A DNA stretch of 59,653 bases, filler included. It is 5 parts of 5 records of this genome, joined end to end, with 100 filler letters (N's around TTAATTAATTAA, not from the genome) between each part and the next. Parts side by side here need not be neighbours in the genome. Positions count along the whole stretch, not along the records: positions 47,178 to 53,543 come from DRR723986_3507; positions 53,644 to 59,653 come from DRR723986_3514; 3 more parts are not named here. One strand, written 5' to 3'. The position numbers and the translations under genes are program-made. Shown piece after piece: positions 48,053-56,312 of the stretch. Under the pieces are notes generated by a model. That model ran no database searches, was not told the origin of the DNA, and saw nothing but the letters and a program-made list of their open reading frames with translations. How positions within the stretch are numbered: position 1 is the stretch's first letter; every line of letters begins with the position of its first letter.

Positions 48053-48961
48053 TTAAAACTGCGCCTTCAGATCCATTCCCTTGTAAAGGCTGGCCACATC
48101 ACTGGCATAGCCATTCATCATAAGGGTTGGTTGCCGGCTGGCAAACAGGCCCCCGCCAATGCGCCGCTCTTGGGCTTGGCTCCAGCGTGGGTGGTCCACC
48201 TGCGGGTTGACGTTGCTGTAAAACCCGTATTCGCGGGGGTTGGCCTTGTTCCAGCTGGTGGGGGGCTGCCTGTCGGTTAGGGTGATGCGCACCACCGACT
48301 TGATCGATTTAAACCCATATTTCCATGGCACCACCAAACGCAGGGGCGCACCGTTTTGTGCCGGGATGTCGCGGCCATAAATACCGCTGGCCATGATGGT
48401 TAGCGGGTGCATCGCCTCGTCCAGGCGCAAGCCCTCGACATAGGGCCAATCGAGCACGGGATAGCGGGTGCCGGGCATTTCATCGCGGTTGAGATAGGTT
48501 TCAAAGGCAACATAGCGCGCATTGGCCTGCACCCCGGCCATTTCAAGCAGATCGGCCAGCTCGAACCCGTTCCATGGCACCACCATCGACCATGCCTCGA
48601 CACAGCGAAACCGGTAGATCCGCTCTTCGATTTGCATGCGGGCCAAGATATCTTCGATCGCATAGTCGCCGGGCCTATCGACCATACCATCGATGCGGAT
48701 GCTCCATGGCGATATGGTCATTTGCCCGGCATATTTGGCGGGATCGTCTTTGCCTGTGCCGAATTCATAAAAGTTGTTGTAGCTGGTGATATCTTCCCAA
48801 GAATTGGGGGCCAGCCCCTGCGCCTGCGCCGCTTGCGGCAGGCCCGCGGCCCCCATCAGCCCCGCGCCCGCCATGCCAGCCAACAGGTGGCGGCGGTTCA
48901 GCCATAGGGTTTCATCCGTTACATCGCTGGGCTTTAGGGTGTTTTTCCATCTCTGGGCCAT
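48053..48961 (-). CDS. msrP: Methionine sulfoxide reductase catalytic subunit MsrP
   Basis: Tat-like [48 protein letters not shown]; start ATG 48961. Confidence 0.95.
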   Translation of the reverse strand: MAQRWKNTLKPSDVTDETLWLNRRHLLAGMAGAGLMGAAGLPQAAQAQGLAPNSWEDITSYNNFYEFGTGKDDPAKYAGQMTISPWSIRIDGMVDRPGDYAIEDILARMQIEERIYRFRCVEAWSMVVPWNGFELADLLEMAGVQANARYVAFETYLNRDEMPGTRYPVLDWPYVEGLRLDEAMHPLTIMASGIYGRDIPAQNGAPLRLVVPWKYGFKSIKSVVRITLTDRQPPTSWNKANPREYGFYSNVNPQVDHPRWSQAQERRIGGGLFASRQPTLMMNGYASDVASLYKGMDLKAQF

Positions 48962-49147
48962 GGCTGCCTCGGTTTGCGTGTCAACTAAGGCAAAGCTAAC
49001 GCAGGCACGGGCTGCATCCAACGCAAGCTTTCTCACAGTTGCGTGGCTGCATTGAAACGTTTTGCGGTTTGACATGGAACAAAGCCACGCAAAGGATGCA
49101 CCTTATAAAGACACGCAGCGCAGGCCATTGCCTAAGGAGTTGTATGA

Positions 49148-49585
49148 ATGAAACGATTGATCATTGCCGCCACGCTGGCCCTTAGCGTGGGCGCGGCCCA
49201 TGCCGATGGGATGGTGACATATGAAACCCAAGACAGTTTCGAAGATGTCGTGTTTGGGCTGGAAAACGCCATTCTTGATCTGGGGCTGGTGGTGGATCAT
49301 GTCTCGCACACGGGCGAGATGCTGGAACGCACCAAGGCCGATGTGGGCGGCACCGTTACCCTGTTTACCCAGGCCGATGTTTATTCCTTTTGCTCGGCCG
49401 CGCTGAGCCGCAAGGTGATGGAGGCCGATCCGATGAATCTGCGCTTTTGCCCTTACGATATTTTCGTGGCCCAACAGCCCGGCCAGCCGGTGATCATCGG
49501 CTATCGCACCTTCCCCGAGGGCGCGATGCAAGAGGTTCAGGCCATGCTCGATGGCATCGCCCGCACTGCCATTGGGCTGGATTGA
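49148..49585 (+). CDS. DUF302 domain secreted protein
   Basis: Signal peptide, FCSA and FCPY motifs; RBS AAGGAG. Confidence 0.8.
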   Translation: MKRLIIAATLALSVGAAHADGMVTYETQDSFEDVVFGLENAILDLGLVVDHVSHTGEMLERTKADVGGTVTLFTQADVYSFCSAALSRKVMEADPMNLRFCPYDIFVAQQPGQPVIIGYRTFPEGAMQEVQAMLDGIARTAIGLD

Positions 49586-49692
49586 TCACAGCGGCTAACG
49601 CCTGCTCACGATTATTCTATTCGACGGCGCAAAAAGGCGTGGCTTAGCAGCGCGCCTTTTCAAATCAAGCCCTGCACAAATATTTGAGGCAC

Positions 49693-49718
49693 GCATCCAC
49701 CCCCGGTTTTCCACCGTA
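49693..49718 (+). promoter_or_regulatory. Candidate ECF (RpoE-type) promoter of the fasciclin gene
   Basis: GCATCC-16 bp-CGTA about 50 nt upstream of ATG 49769. Confidence 0.4.
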
Positions 49719-49768
49719 AGCCAAACGATGCAACACAACGCATCCCCTTATCAGTGGAGAGAAAACAC

Positions 49769-50254
49769 ATGTTTCGTAGAACCTACCTTGGACTGACTGC
49801 TGCCCTCATGATCGCCGGCCCAGCCTTTGCCGGGGGGCATTCGAAAGATATCGTAGATACCGCCGTAGGCGCCGGCAGCTTTGGCACATTGGTGGCGGCA
49901 GTGCAGGCCGCAGGCCTTGTTGATACGCTCAAGGGCGAAGGCCCCTTCACCGTATTCGCGCCCACCGATGCAGCCTTTGCCGCCCTGCCCGCAGGCACCG
50001 TAGAAGAGCTGCTGAAACCCGAAAACAAAGACAAGCTGACCGCCATCCTGACCTACCACGTTGTGGCTGGCAAAGTGATGTCGGGCGATCTGTCTGATGG
50101 CCTAAGCGCCGCCACCGTGAATGGCGCCAACATCACCATCGGCACCATGGGCGGCGTAACCGTAAACGGCGCCAACGTGACCCAAGCCGATATCGAGGCA
50201 TCCAACGGCGTGATCCACGTGATCGACGCAGTCATCCTGCCGCCCGAAGGCTAA
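49769..50254 (+). CDS. Fasciclin (FAS1) domain protein
   Basis: Signal peptide, [30 protein letters not shown]. Confidence 0.95.
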   Translation: MFRRTYLGLTAALMIAGPAFAGGHSKDIVDTAVGAGSFGTLVAAVQAAGLVDTLKGEGPFTVFAPTDAAFAALPAGTVEELLKPENKDKLTAILTYHVVAGKVMSGDLSDGLSAATVNGANITIGTMGGVTVNGANVTQADIEASNGVIHVIDAVILPPEG

Positions 50255-50273
50255 GCAAAGCGCGAACCCACAG

Positions 50274-50302
50274 AAAAAGGCGGGGCAAGCCCCGCCTTTT
50301 TT
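50274..50302 (+). terminator. Rho-independent terminator after the fasciclin gene
   Basis: AAAAAGGCGGGGC-AA-GCCCCGCCTTTTTT. Confidence 0.88.
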
Positions 50303-50355
50303 ATGCCAGCGCCCGAGCTGGCGGTGGGGGGCTGGGTGATGTGGAAATGCACGCT

Positions 50356-50457
50356 TTGGGCGGGTGGTGGAGGTTGCGAAGTTGTGAGCCGAGGCCGCTG
50401 TTTGTGGTGGTCGAGGCCCTGAGCGGGCGTTCGTTTCTGATGCAGCCAATGTCTGCT
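50356..50457 (+). repeat. Left arm of the imperfect inverted repeat flanking the RT gene
   Basis: 50421-50457 matches the reverse complement of 52432-52467 at 31/37; 50356-50377 matches the reverse complement of 52501-52523 at 19/23 (manual alignment). Confidence 0.75.
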
Positions 50458-50710
50458 CAGAGCCCATTGTGACCGGCGCTGCGCTTTTAGTGAACGGTTT
50501 CGAACCTCGAATTGCTGCCATTGAACTTTGCTGTGCGGCCCAAATCCGGCCCACAGCTAACAATCTCCACGTGAAGATCCGGTCAACCCAACTGGGGTTT
50601 CACTTGAGGAGCATGCGTCTTGTTCAAGCACCAAGAAGATTGGGAAGCTTAGCCAATTTTTTTACAGGAAACTACTGTTGGTGGCCGCGCTTCCGACTTA
50701 AGCTAGCGCC

Positions 50711-52306
50711 ATGAAGTCTCGGTTCAGTTTAATAAATTCAGGTCTCTATCCTGAGACGCTACCTCCATGCTTTGTGTCAAAAGACGCAAAGCGCGCCTTT
50801 CATGGTCTCGTTGGTGCACTTGACAGCAACAAGTTCCACGATAAAAAGACGGAGTATGTTCGGTATAGCGGAACCAAGCATGACGGCAGTCGCCGCTTTT
50901 TCGGCACTCCCAACATCGTCTCCTACTTTCACGTTTCTAGTTTCATATGGAAGAACTGGGGACATTTTGAAGCCAACTACGCCTTATCACCATATTCTAT
51001 TGGCACGCCCAAGATTATGGATGAGGGCGAAGAACGAGCGGTTAAAGTTCCATCGCTTTCCGAGCTTTCGAAGCGGGCTTCGAAAAACCTGCGATACGCA
51101 CCCTTCGTTTTGAAGGCCGACATCGCTCAATGCTTCCCGAGCATCTACACGCATTCCATTGCTTGGGCCGCTCATGGAATTGAAGAGTCAAAGCTGGACA
51201 CGAACAAGGTTTCCAGCAGCAACTTCTTCAACGCGCTCGATTTCTTTGTTCGGAATGGGCAACGCGGAAACACGCGAGGGGTATTGGTCGGACCCGATGC
51301 ATACCGTCTGATCGCAGAATTCGTCTTGGCCAAAATCGATCACGAACTGAGCAAAGTCGTTGGTGACATGGTGGTCGGGGCGGTGCGCCACGTAGATGAT
51401 TATTACATTGGCCTTCAGACTGAACACGACGCACAATCGGTTCTTTCGCATTTGCGCGAGGTGCTTGCGACCTTCGAGTTGAACCTCAATGACCAGAAAA
51501 CGAAGATTCACTCAAGCTTGGACCCAATCAACGATCTTTGGGCGCAACGGCTGCGAGACCACATGAACTTCTTCGGATCTCATGTGGAGCACAGCAGGCT
51601 TGAACGCGCCATCACCGAGGCTGTCACGTCTGCTCAAGAGATAGGATCGGACAGTCCAATCAAAATCCTATTCCGGTCTTTTGACGAAGGGCGGGTCTAT
51701 AATTCACCCCAGTGGGATTTTGTTGAGCAAAATATTCAGAGGATCGTTCAGAAACATCCGCATGCAATTGACTACGCCTGTTTGCTCGTTGCGAAGCGCA
51801 AAGCGCGGGGGTTGGCCATCGACACGGAAGGTTGGCTTGCCGTCGCGGAGATCATTGTCAGGCGCAGTCTTGCACTAAACCATCATCATGAGGCGCTGTG
51901 GTTGGTTTGGTTGCTCATCGTTTGCGACATCCCGGTTCCGGTGCCGATGGTGGAAGAACTTGCGAAGTCCAAAAACGCACATATTCGCGCTTTGCTCGTG
52001 CAGGCGCATGTAGACAGCAAGCTCACCCGAAAACCGAAGCTTGCTCTAGGTGCTCCTCTTTCATCAGTGGATGCCAACTGGTTGGTTAATCTCGTTGCAC
52101 GCTCTCAAGAGTTTTCAAGGGCCGCCTTTTCCGGTCGTTACACTGACGAATTTGAGCACCTGGCCAGCAGGCACATCAAGCTCATAGATTTTGAAGACCA
52201 TATCAGTCGGATAACAGAACAAGACAGGCGAGCAATTAGTCGAACCAGATACGGATATGATGACGACGAGGATGACAACTTTGATCCTGACGACTGGGAA
52301 ATTTAA
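50711..52306 (+). CDS. Reverse transcriptase-like polymerase of the Abi/UG class 1 (DRT/AbiK-like) type; probable anti-phage protein
   Basis: GLYPETLPPCF N-terminus; KADIAQCFPSIYTHSIAWA (D137); GVLVGPDAYRLIAE; RHVDDY (D229, D230); LNLNDQKT; long helical C-terminal domain; more AT-rich than the flanking genes. Confidence 0.88.
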   Translation: MKSRFSLINSGLYPETLPPCFVSKDAKRAFHGLVGALDSNKFHDKKTEYVRYSGTKHDGSRRFFGTPNIVSYFHVSSFIWKNWGHFEANYALSPYSIGTPKIMDEGEERAVKVPSLSELSKRASKNLRYAPFVLKADIAQCFPSIYTHSIAWAAHGIEESKLDTNKVSSSNFFNALDFFVRNGQRGNTRGVLVGPDAYRLIAEFVLAKIDHELSKVVGDMVVGAVRHVDDYYIGLQTEHDAQSVLSHLREVLATFELNLNDQKTKIHSSLDPINDLWAQRLRDHMNFFGSHVEHSRLERAITEAVTSAQEIGSDSPIKILFRSFDEGRVYNSPQWDFVEQNIQRIVQKHPHAIDYACLLVAKRKARGLAIDTEGWLAVAEIIVRRSLALNHHHEALWLVWLLIVCDIPVPVPMVEELAKSKNAHIRALLVQAHVDSKLTRKPKLALGAPLSSVDANWLVNLVARSQEFSRAAFSGRYTDEFEHLASRHIKLIDFEDHISRITEQDRRAISRTRYGYDDDEDDNFDPDDWEI

Positions 52307-52431
52307 GAATGTGCGGAGCCGACTTTTTAGGGAAAGTAAGATTCAGGTGACGAACCTTGTACGTTTAGCGTCAGTAGTGAATGCGCGCAGGCCGCATTAG
52401 GAACTTTGCGCTGCAGTCTCATTGCACTGAA

Positions 52432-52523
52432 AGCAGACCTTGGCGCAACAGCAGCGAAAGCCCGCTCCGTCCCACTCAGCAGACCTCTGTGCAAAGTGCA
52501 GCAAAACTCCACTCCCCGCCCAA
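52432..52523 (-). repeat. Right arm of the inverted repeat, built of two ~46-bp tandem units
   Basis: AGCAGACCT at 52432 and 52478, each followed by GCAA...GCAGC(G/A)AAA...CTCC; reverse complement matches 50356-50457. Confidence 0.75.
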
Positions 52524-52632
52524 CCCTGTCGAAACGGTATAAACGCCGCGTTGCTGCATTAATGCCCGCTGTGGGCTTGGCGGCGGTTGCATCGCTTTTG
52601 TGTCGCCCCCATAGCCCGCTGGCAGATATATT

Positions 52633-52664
52633 AAAAAAACAGGCGGCCTTTGGGGCCGCCTGTT
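52633..52664 (-). terminator. Rho-independent terminator of clpB
   Basis: AACAGGCGGCC / GGCCGCCTGTT stem with an A7 tract (U-tract on the minus strand). Confidence 0.85.
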
Positions 52665-52670
52665 GGGGGG

Positions 52671-53543
52671 TTAGTGCACCACCGCGTCATTGGGTTTGGG
52701 GCGGTTGGTGGCGGCCAGTTTGCTGCCAATCACCAGCCCCTCGCTGCCCGCTGATATGGGCAGCGTGGCGCCCTCGGCGATGTCGCCTGCCAGCAGCATT
52801 TCGGCCAGCGGGTCTTGCACCGTGCGCTGGATCACCCGTTTCAGGGGGCGTGCGCCAAACACCGGGTCGTAGCCCTCGTCGGCCAGCCATTTGCGCGCCT
52901 CTGGATCGACGGCCAGCGTAATATTGCGCCCCGCCAGCCGCTTTTGCAGCCGCGCCAGCTGGATATCGACGATACCGCCCATATCGGCGCGGGCCAGGCG
53001 ATCGAAGATGATGGTTTCATCCAGGCGGTTCAGGAATTCGGGGCGGAAATGGGCCCGCACCGCATCCATCACATCACGCTTGGCGCTGGCGGCATCGGCG
53101 CCATCGGGCAGCTGGCTTAGCGCCTGCGCGCCCAGGTTCGATGTCAGCACAATCAGCGTTTGCTTGAAATCCACCGTGCGGCCCTGGCCATCGGTCAGCA
53201 CCCCATCATCGAGCACCTGCAGCAGCACGTTGAACACATCGGGGTGGGCCTTTTCCACCTCGTCAAACAGCACCACCTGATAGGGCCGGCGGCGCACGGC
53301 CTCGGTCAGCACCCCGCCCTCGTCATAGCCCACATAGCCAGGGGGCGCCCCGATCAGCCGCGATACGGCGTGTTTTTCCATGAATTCAGACATATCGATG
53401 CGCACCATCGCATTGTCATCATCAAACAAAAACTCGGCCACGGCCTTGGTCAGCTCGGTTTTGCCCACACCCGTCGGGCCCAAGAACAAAAACGAGCCCA
53501 GCGGCCGGTTTTCATCGTTCAGCCCCGCCCGCGCCCGGCGCAC
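52671..53543 (-). CDS. clpB: Chaperone ClpB, C-terminal AAA domain (5'-truncated)
   Basis: [57 protein letters not shown]. Confidence 0.95.
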   Translation of the reverse strand: MRRARAGLNDENRPLGSFLFLGPTGVGKTELTKAVAEFLFDDDNAMVRIDMSEFMEKHAVSRLIGAPPGYVGYDEGGVLTEAVRRRPYQVVLFDEVEKAHPDVFNVLLQVLDDGVLTDGQGRTVDFKQTLIVLTSNLGAQALSQLPDGADAASAKRDVMDAVRAHFRPEFLNRLDETIIFDRLARADMGGIVDIQLARLQKRLAGRNITLAVDPEARKWLADEGYDPVFGARPLKRVIQRTVQDPLAEMLLAGDIAEGATLPISAGSEGLVIGSKLAATNRPKPNDAVVH

Positions 53544-53643
53544 NNNNNNNNNNNNNNNNNNNNNNNNNNNNNNNNNNNNNNNNNNNNTTAATTAATTAAN
53601 NNNNNNNNNNNNNNNNNNNNNNNNNNNNNNNNNNNNNNNNNNN
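53544..53643. other. Artificial contig linker
   Basis: 44 N + TTAATTAATTAA + 44 N. Confidence 0.98.
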
Positions 53644-54235
53644 GCGGGTGCCGGTTTTTGCGCATCTCGAAGGGATCGTGCATATTTACCTGGATAAATC
53701 AGCCGATGCCGAAAAAACCATGCGCGTGGTTCTAAACGCCAAAACCCGCCGCACCGGCATTTGTGGGGCGGCAGAATGCCTGCTGATCCACAAAGATATT
53801 GCCTCCGGGCTGGGGGCTGATGTGTTGGCTATGTTGATGCAGGCGGGCGTGCGGGTGCATGCAGGCCCCGGGCTGGTGGGCACAGATCTGGCCACAGAGG
53901 CTGATTGGGGCCGCGAATATCTGGATATGGATATCGCCGCGCGCGTGGTCAATGATGTGGATGGGGCCATTGCGCATATCCGCCAATATGGATCGCAGCA
54001 CACCGATTGCATCATGGCCGAAGATACGGCCGCCGTGGCGCGGTTTTTCGAACGTCTTGATAGCGCGATTTTGATGCATAACGCCTCGACCCAATTTGCC
54101 GATGGGGGTGAATTTGGCATGGGGGCCGAAATTGGCATTGCCACGGGCAAAATGCACGCGCGCGGCCCGGTGGGGGCGGCACAGCTGACCAGTTTCAAAT
54201 ATTTGGTGCGTGGTCAGGGCAGCACCCGCAGCTGA
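53644..54235 (+). CDS. proA: Gamma-glutamyl phosphate reductase (5'-truncated)
   Basis: [46 protein letters not shown]. Confidence 0.95.
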
Positions 54236-54249
54236 GCGGCGGCACAGAT

Positions 54250-54288
54250 AAAAAGGGCCAGCCCAAAGCCTGGGCTGGCCTGTTTTTT
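54250..54288. terminator. Bidirectional terminator between proA and the iron-binding protein gene
   Basis: A5-GGCCAGCCCA / TGGGCTGGCC-T6. Confidence 0.85.
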
Positions 54289-54305
54289 CGCTTAATTGCG
54301 TGTAC

Positions 54306-55319
54306 TTAGCCGTCGAAATCAACGCTTTCGATCAATTTCAGCGCATCGGGGCGCAATTTTGCCAGATCCATCAGGTTGACATCATCAGGCGTGAAGCTGC
54401 CCCAGCCCGCCACCAGCGGATCGGGTTGAATGCCGGGGGCGATGGGGTATTCAAAATTGGCCTCGGCATAAATCGCCTGCGCCTTGGGCGAGGTTAGAAA
54501 CTCCATCATTTTCAGCGCATTTTCGCGGTTTGGCGCGGCCTTGGTCATTGCCACTCCCGAGATGTTCACATGCGCCCCGCCGTTTTCAAACACCGGAAAA
54601 ACAATTTTCACGCTATTGGCCCATTCGGTTTGTTCAGCATCGCTCAGCATGGCGCCCATGTAATAGGTATTGCCAAGGCTGATATCGCATTCGCCTGCCC
54701 AAATGGCCTTGACCTGCCCACGGTCGTTGCCTTGGGGTTTGCGGGCCAGATTGGCCTTTACGCCCTTTAGCCAGGTTTCTGTGGCCTCGGCGCCGTGGTG
54801 GTGCAGATAGGCGGCCACCAGCGCCACGTTATAGGCATGCGTGCCCGAGCGGGTGCAAATGCGGTTGGCCCATTTAGGATCGGCCAGGTCTTCGTAGGTT
54901 GTCACCTCGCCATCTGCCACGCGGTCTTTCGAGGCATAAACCACCCGCGCCCGGGTGGTCAGGCCCCACCAATGCCCATCAGGATCGTGGTAGATATCGG
55001 GCACATTCGCCCGCAACGTTGCGCTGTCGATCGGCTGGGTTAGGCCCGCATCAACAATGGCGGCCAGGCGGGCAATATCAACGGTCAGCACCAGATCGGC
55101 CGGGCTGCGATCGCCCTCGGCTGTCAGGCGCTCTACCATGCCCTTTTCCAGATGCGCGACATTCACCTTGATGCCGGTTTCTGCGGTAAAGGCATCGGTC
55201 AGCGGGCGCAGCAAATCGGGCTGACGATAGGAATATAGGTTCACCTCGTCAGCGATGGCGGGCAGGGACAATAGCGCAATGGCACTGGCCAGTAGCGAGG
55301 GTTTGAGCATTTTCGACAT
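54306..55319 (-). CDS. Fe(3+) ABC transporter substrate-binding protein (FbpA/FutA family)
   Basis: Signal peptide, NLYSYRQ, SPAD, GLTTRARV, PQGNDR, tandem Tyr NTYY, HVNISG. Confidence 0.9.
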   Translation of the reverse strand: MSKMLKPSLLASAIALLSLPAIADEVNLYSYRQPDLLRPLTDAFTAETGIKVNVAHLEKGMVERLTAEGDRSPADLVLTVDIARLAAIVDAGLTQPIDSATLRANVPDIYHDPDGHWWGLTTRARVVYASKDRVADGEVTTYEDLADPKWANRICTRSGTHAYNVALVAAYLHHHGAEATETWLKGVKANLARKPQGNDRGQVKAIWAGECDISLGNTYYMGAMLSDAEQTEWANSVKIVFPVFENGGAHVNISGVAMTKAAPNRENALKMMEFLTSPKAQAIYAEANFEYPIAPGIQPDPLVAGWGSFTPDDVNLMDLAKLRPDALKLIESVDFDG

Positions 55320-55361
55320 ATCATCATCCTTGGCGCGTGTGTTTCACTGCCGCCTTAATAC

Positions 55362-55403
55362 CTGAGTCTTTTTATCAGAACAATAGTTGATTTTTTTAAT
55401 CAG
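55362..55403. promoter_or_regulatory. Two iron-regulatory TGA-N9-TCA boxes (Iron-Rhodo/IRO-like)
   Basis: CTGA-gtcttttta-TCAG (55362-55378) and TTGA-tttttttaa-TCAG (55387-55403) upstream of the Fe3+-binding protein gene. Confidence 0.7.
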
Positions 55404-56250
55404 GTTTTTTCTGCGCCTCAGTATGGTTTGCCTTTTCAGCCTTGTCTTGGGCCTTGGCACGGTTCCAAAGCGCATCCATTTCCGCAAGATCTGATTGCGC
55501 CGGGGTTTTGCCTTGCGCGGCAAGCCAGCCCTCGATCCGGCCAAAACGGCGGGTGAATTTGGCGTTGGCACGGCGCAGCGCGGCTTCGGGTTCTACCCCC
55601 AGATGGCGGGCCAGATTGGCCATCACGAACAGCAAATCGCCCATTTCCTCTTCGATTTCGTCAGGCCCCAGCTGGGCCTTGGCCTCGGCCAATTCGGCGG
55701 CCTCTTCCACCAGCTTATCCAGCACCTGGGCGGTGTCGGGCCAGTCAAACCCCACCCTTGCGGCGCGCTTTTGCAGCTTGTGGGCGCGCAGCAGCGCAGG
55801 CAGGCCGATGGCCACGCCATCGAGCACGCCGGTTTCGGCGCGCGCGGCGCGTTCGGCGGCCTTGATCTGCTCCCAGTCCTGGGTTTGCTGCTGGGCGGTT
55901 TTCTCGCGGCTTTCATCGCCAAACACATGCGGATGGCGGGCCACCATCTTATCGCTCATGGTGTTGGCCACGTCATCGAAACTGAACAGCCCCGCCTCGG
56001 TGGCCATTTGCGCATGAAACACCGATTGAAACAGCAAATCGCCCAGCTCGCCCTTTAGCTCGTCCCAGGCCTGGCGCGCGATCGCGTCGGCCACTTCGTA
56101 GGCCTCTTCAATCGTGTAGGGGGCGATGGTGGCGAAATTTTGCTCGATATCCCATGGGCAGCCGGTGTCTGGGTCGCGCAAGCGCCGCATAATTTCCAGT
56201 AACCGTGGCATTCCACCATTGGGATCGTGTATCAAGCTGTCGTCAGGCAT
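55396..56250 (-). CDS. mazG: Nucleoside triphosphate pyrophosphohydrolase MazG
   Basis: LRDPDTGCPWD, EEAYEV, ELGDLL, RHPHVFG, GFDW, EEMGDLLF; start ATG 56250. Confidence 0.95.
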   Translation of the reverse strand: MPDDSLIHDPNGGMPRLLEIMRRLRDPDTGCPWDIEQNFATIAPYTIEEAYEVADAIARQAWDELKGELGDLLFQSVFHAQMATEAGLFSFDDVANTMSDKMVARHPHVFGDESREKTAQQQTQDWEQIKAAERAARAETGVLDGVAIGLPALLRAHKLQKRAARVGFDWPDTAQVLDKLVEEAAELAEAKAQLGPDEIEEEMGDLLFVMANLARHLGVEPEAALRRANAKFTRRFGRIEGWLAAQGKTPAQSDLAEMDALWNRAKAQDKAEKANHTEAQKKPD

Positions 56251-56312
56251 TGCGATGGCTCCGCTCTTGGGGTCAAGTGCAACCTTGAGCATTCGCCAAC
56301 AGGAGTCCACCC

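Noticed and set aside
50469-50714. 81-aa ORF whose stop overlaps the RT start (ATGA), as a partner gene
   Set aside because: It starts at a GTG inside degenerate repeat sequence, has no RBS and no recognisable motif; ATGA overlaps arise easily by chance. Not fully excluded without ribosome profiling
50711-52306. The RT as a retron, group II intron, DGR or CRISPR-associated RT
   Set aside because: No NAxxH or VTG retron motifs, no YADD, maturase or intron domain V seen, no TR/VR pair or avd, and no cas1 or CRISPR array
52432-52523. Mini CRISPR array
   Set aside because: Only two degenerate units, similar along their whole length, with no unique spacers and no cas genes
52406-52921. 171-aa ORF downstream of the RT
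   Set aside because: It runs through the repeat arm, the clpB terminator and antisense clpB; composition is not protein-like
55396-56250. mazG as an anti-phage MazG-like effector linked to the RT
   Set aside because: It is the housekeeping tandem-domain MazG in a core gene context and lies on a different contig
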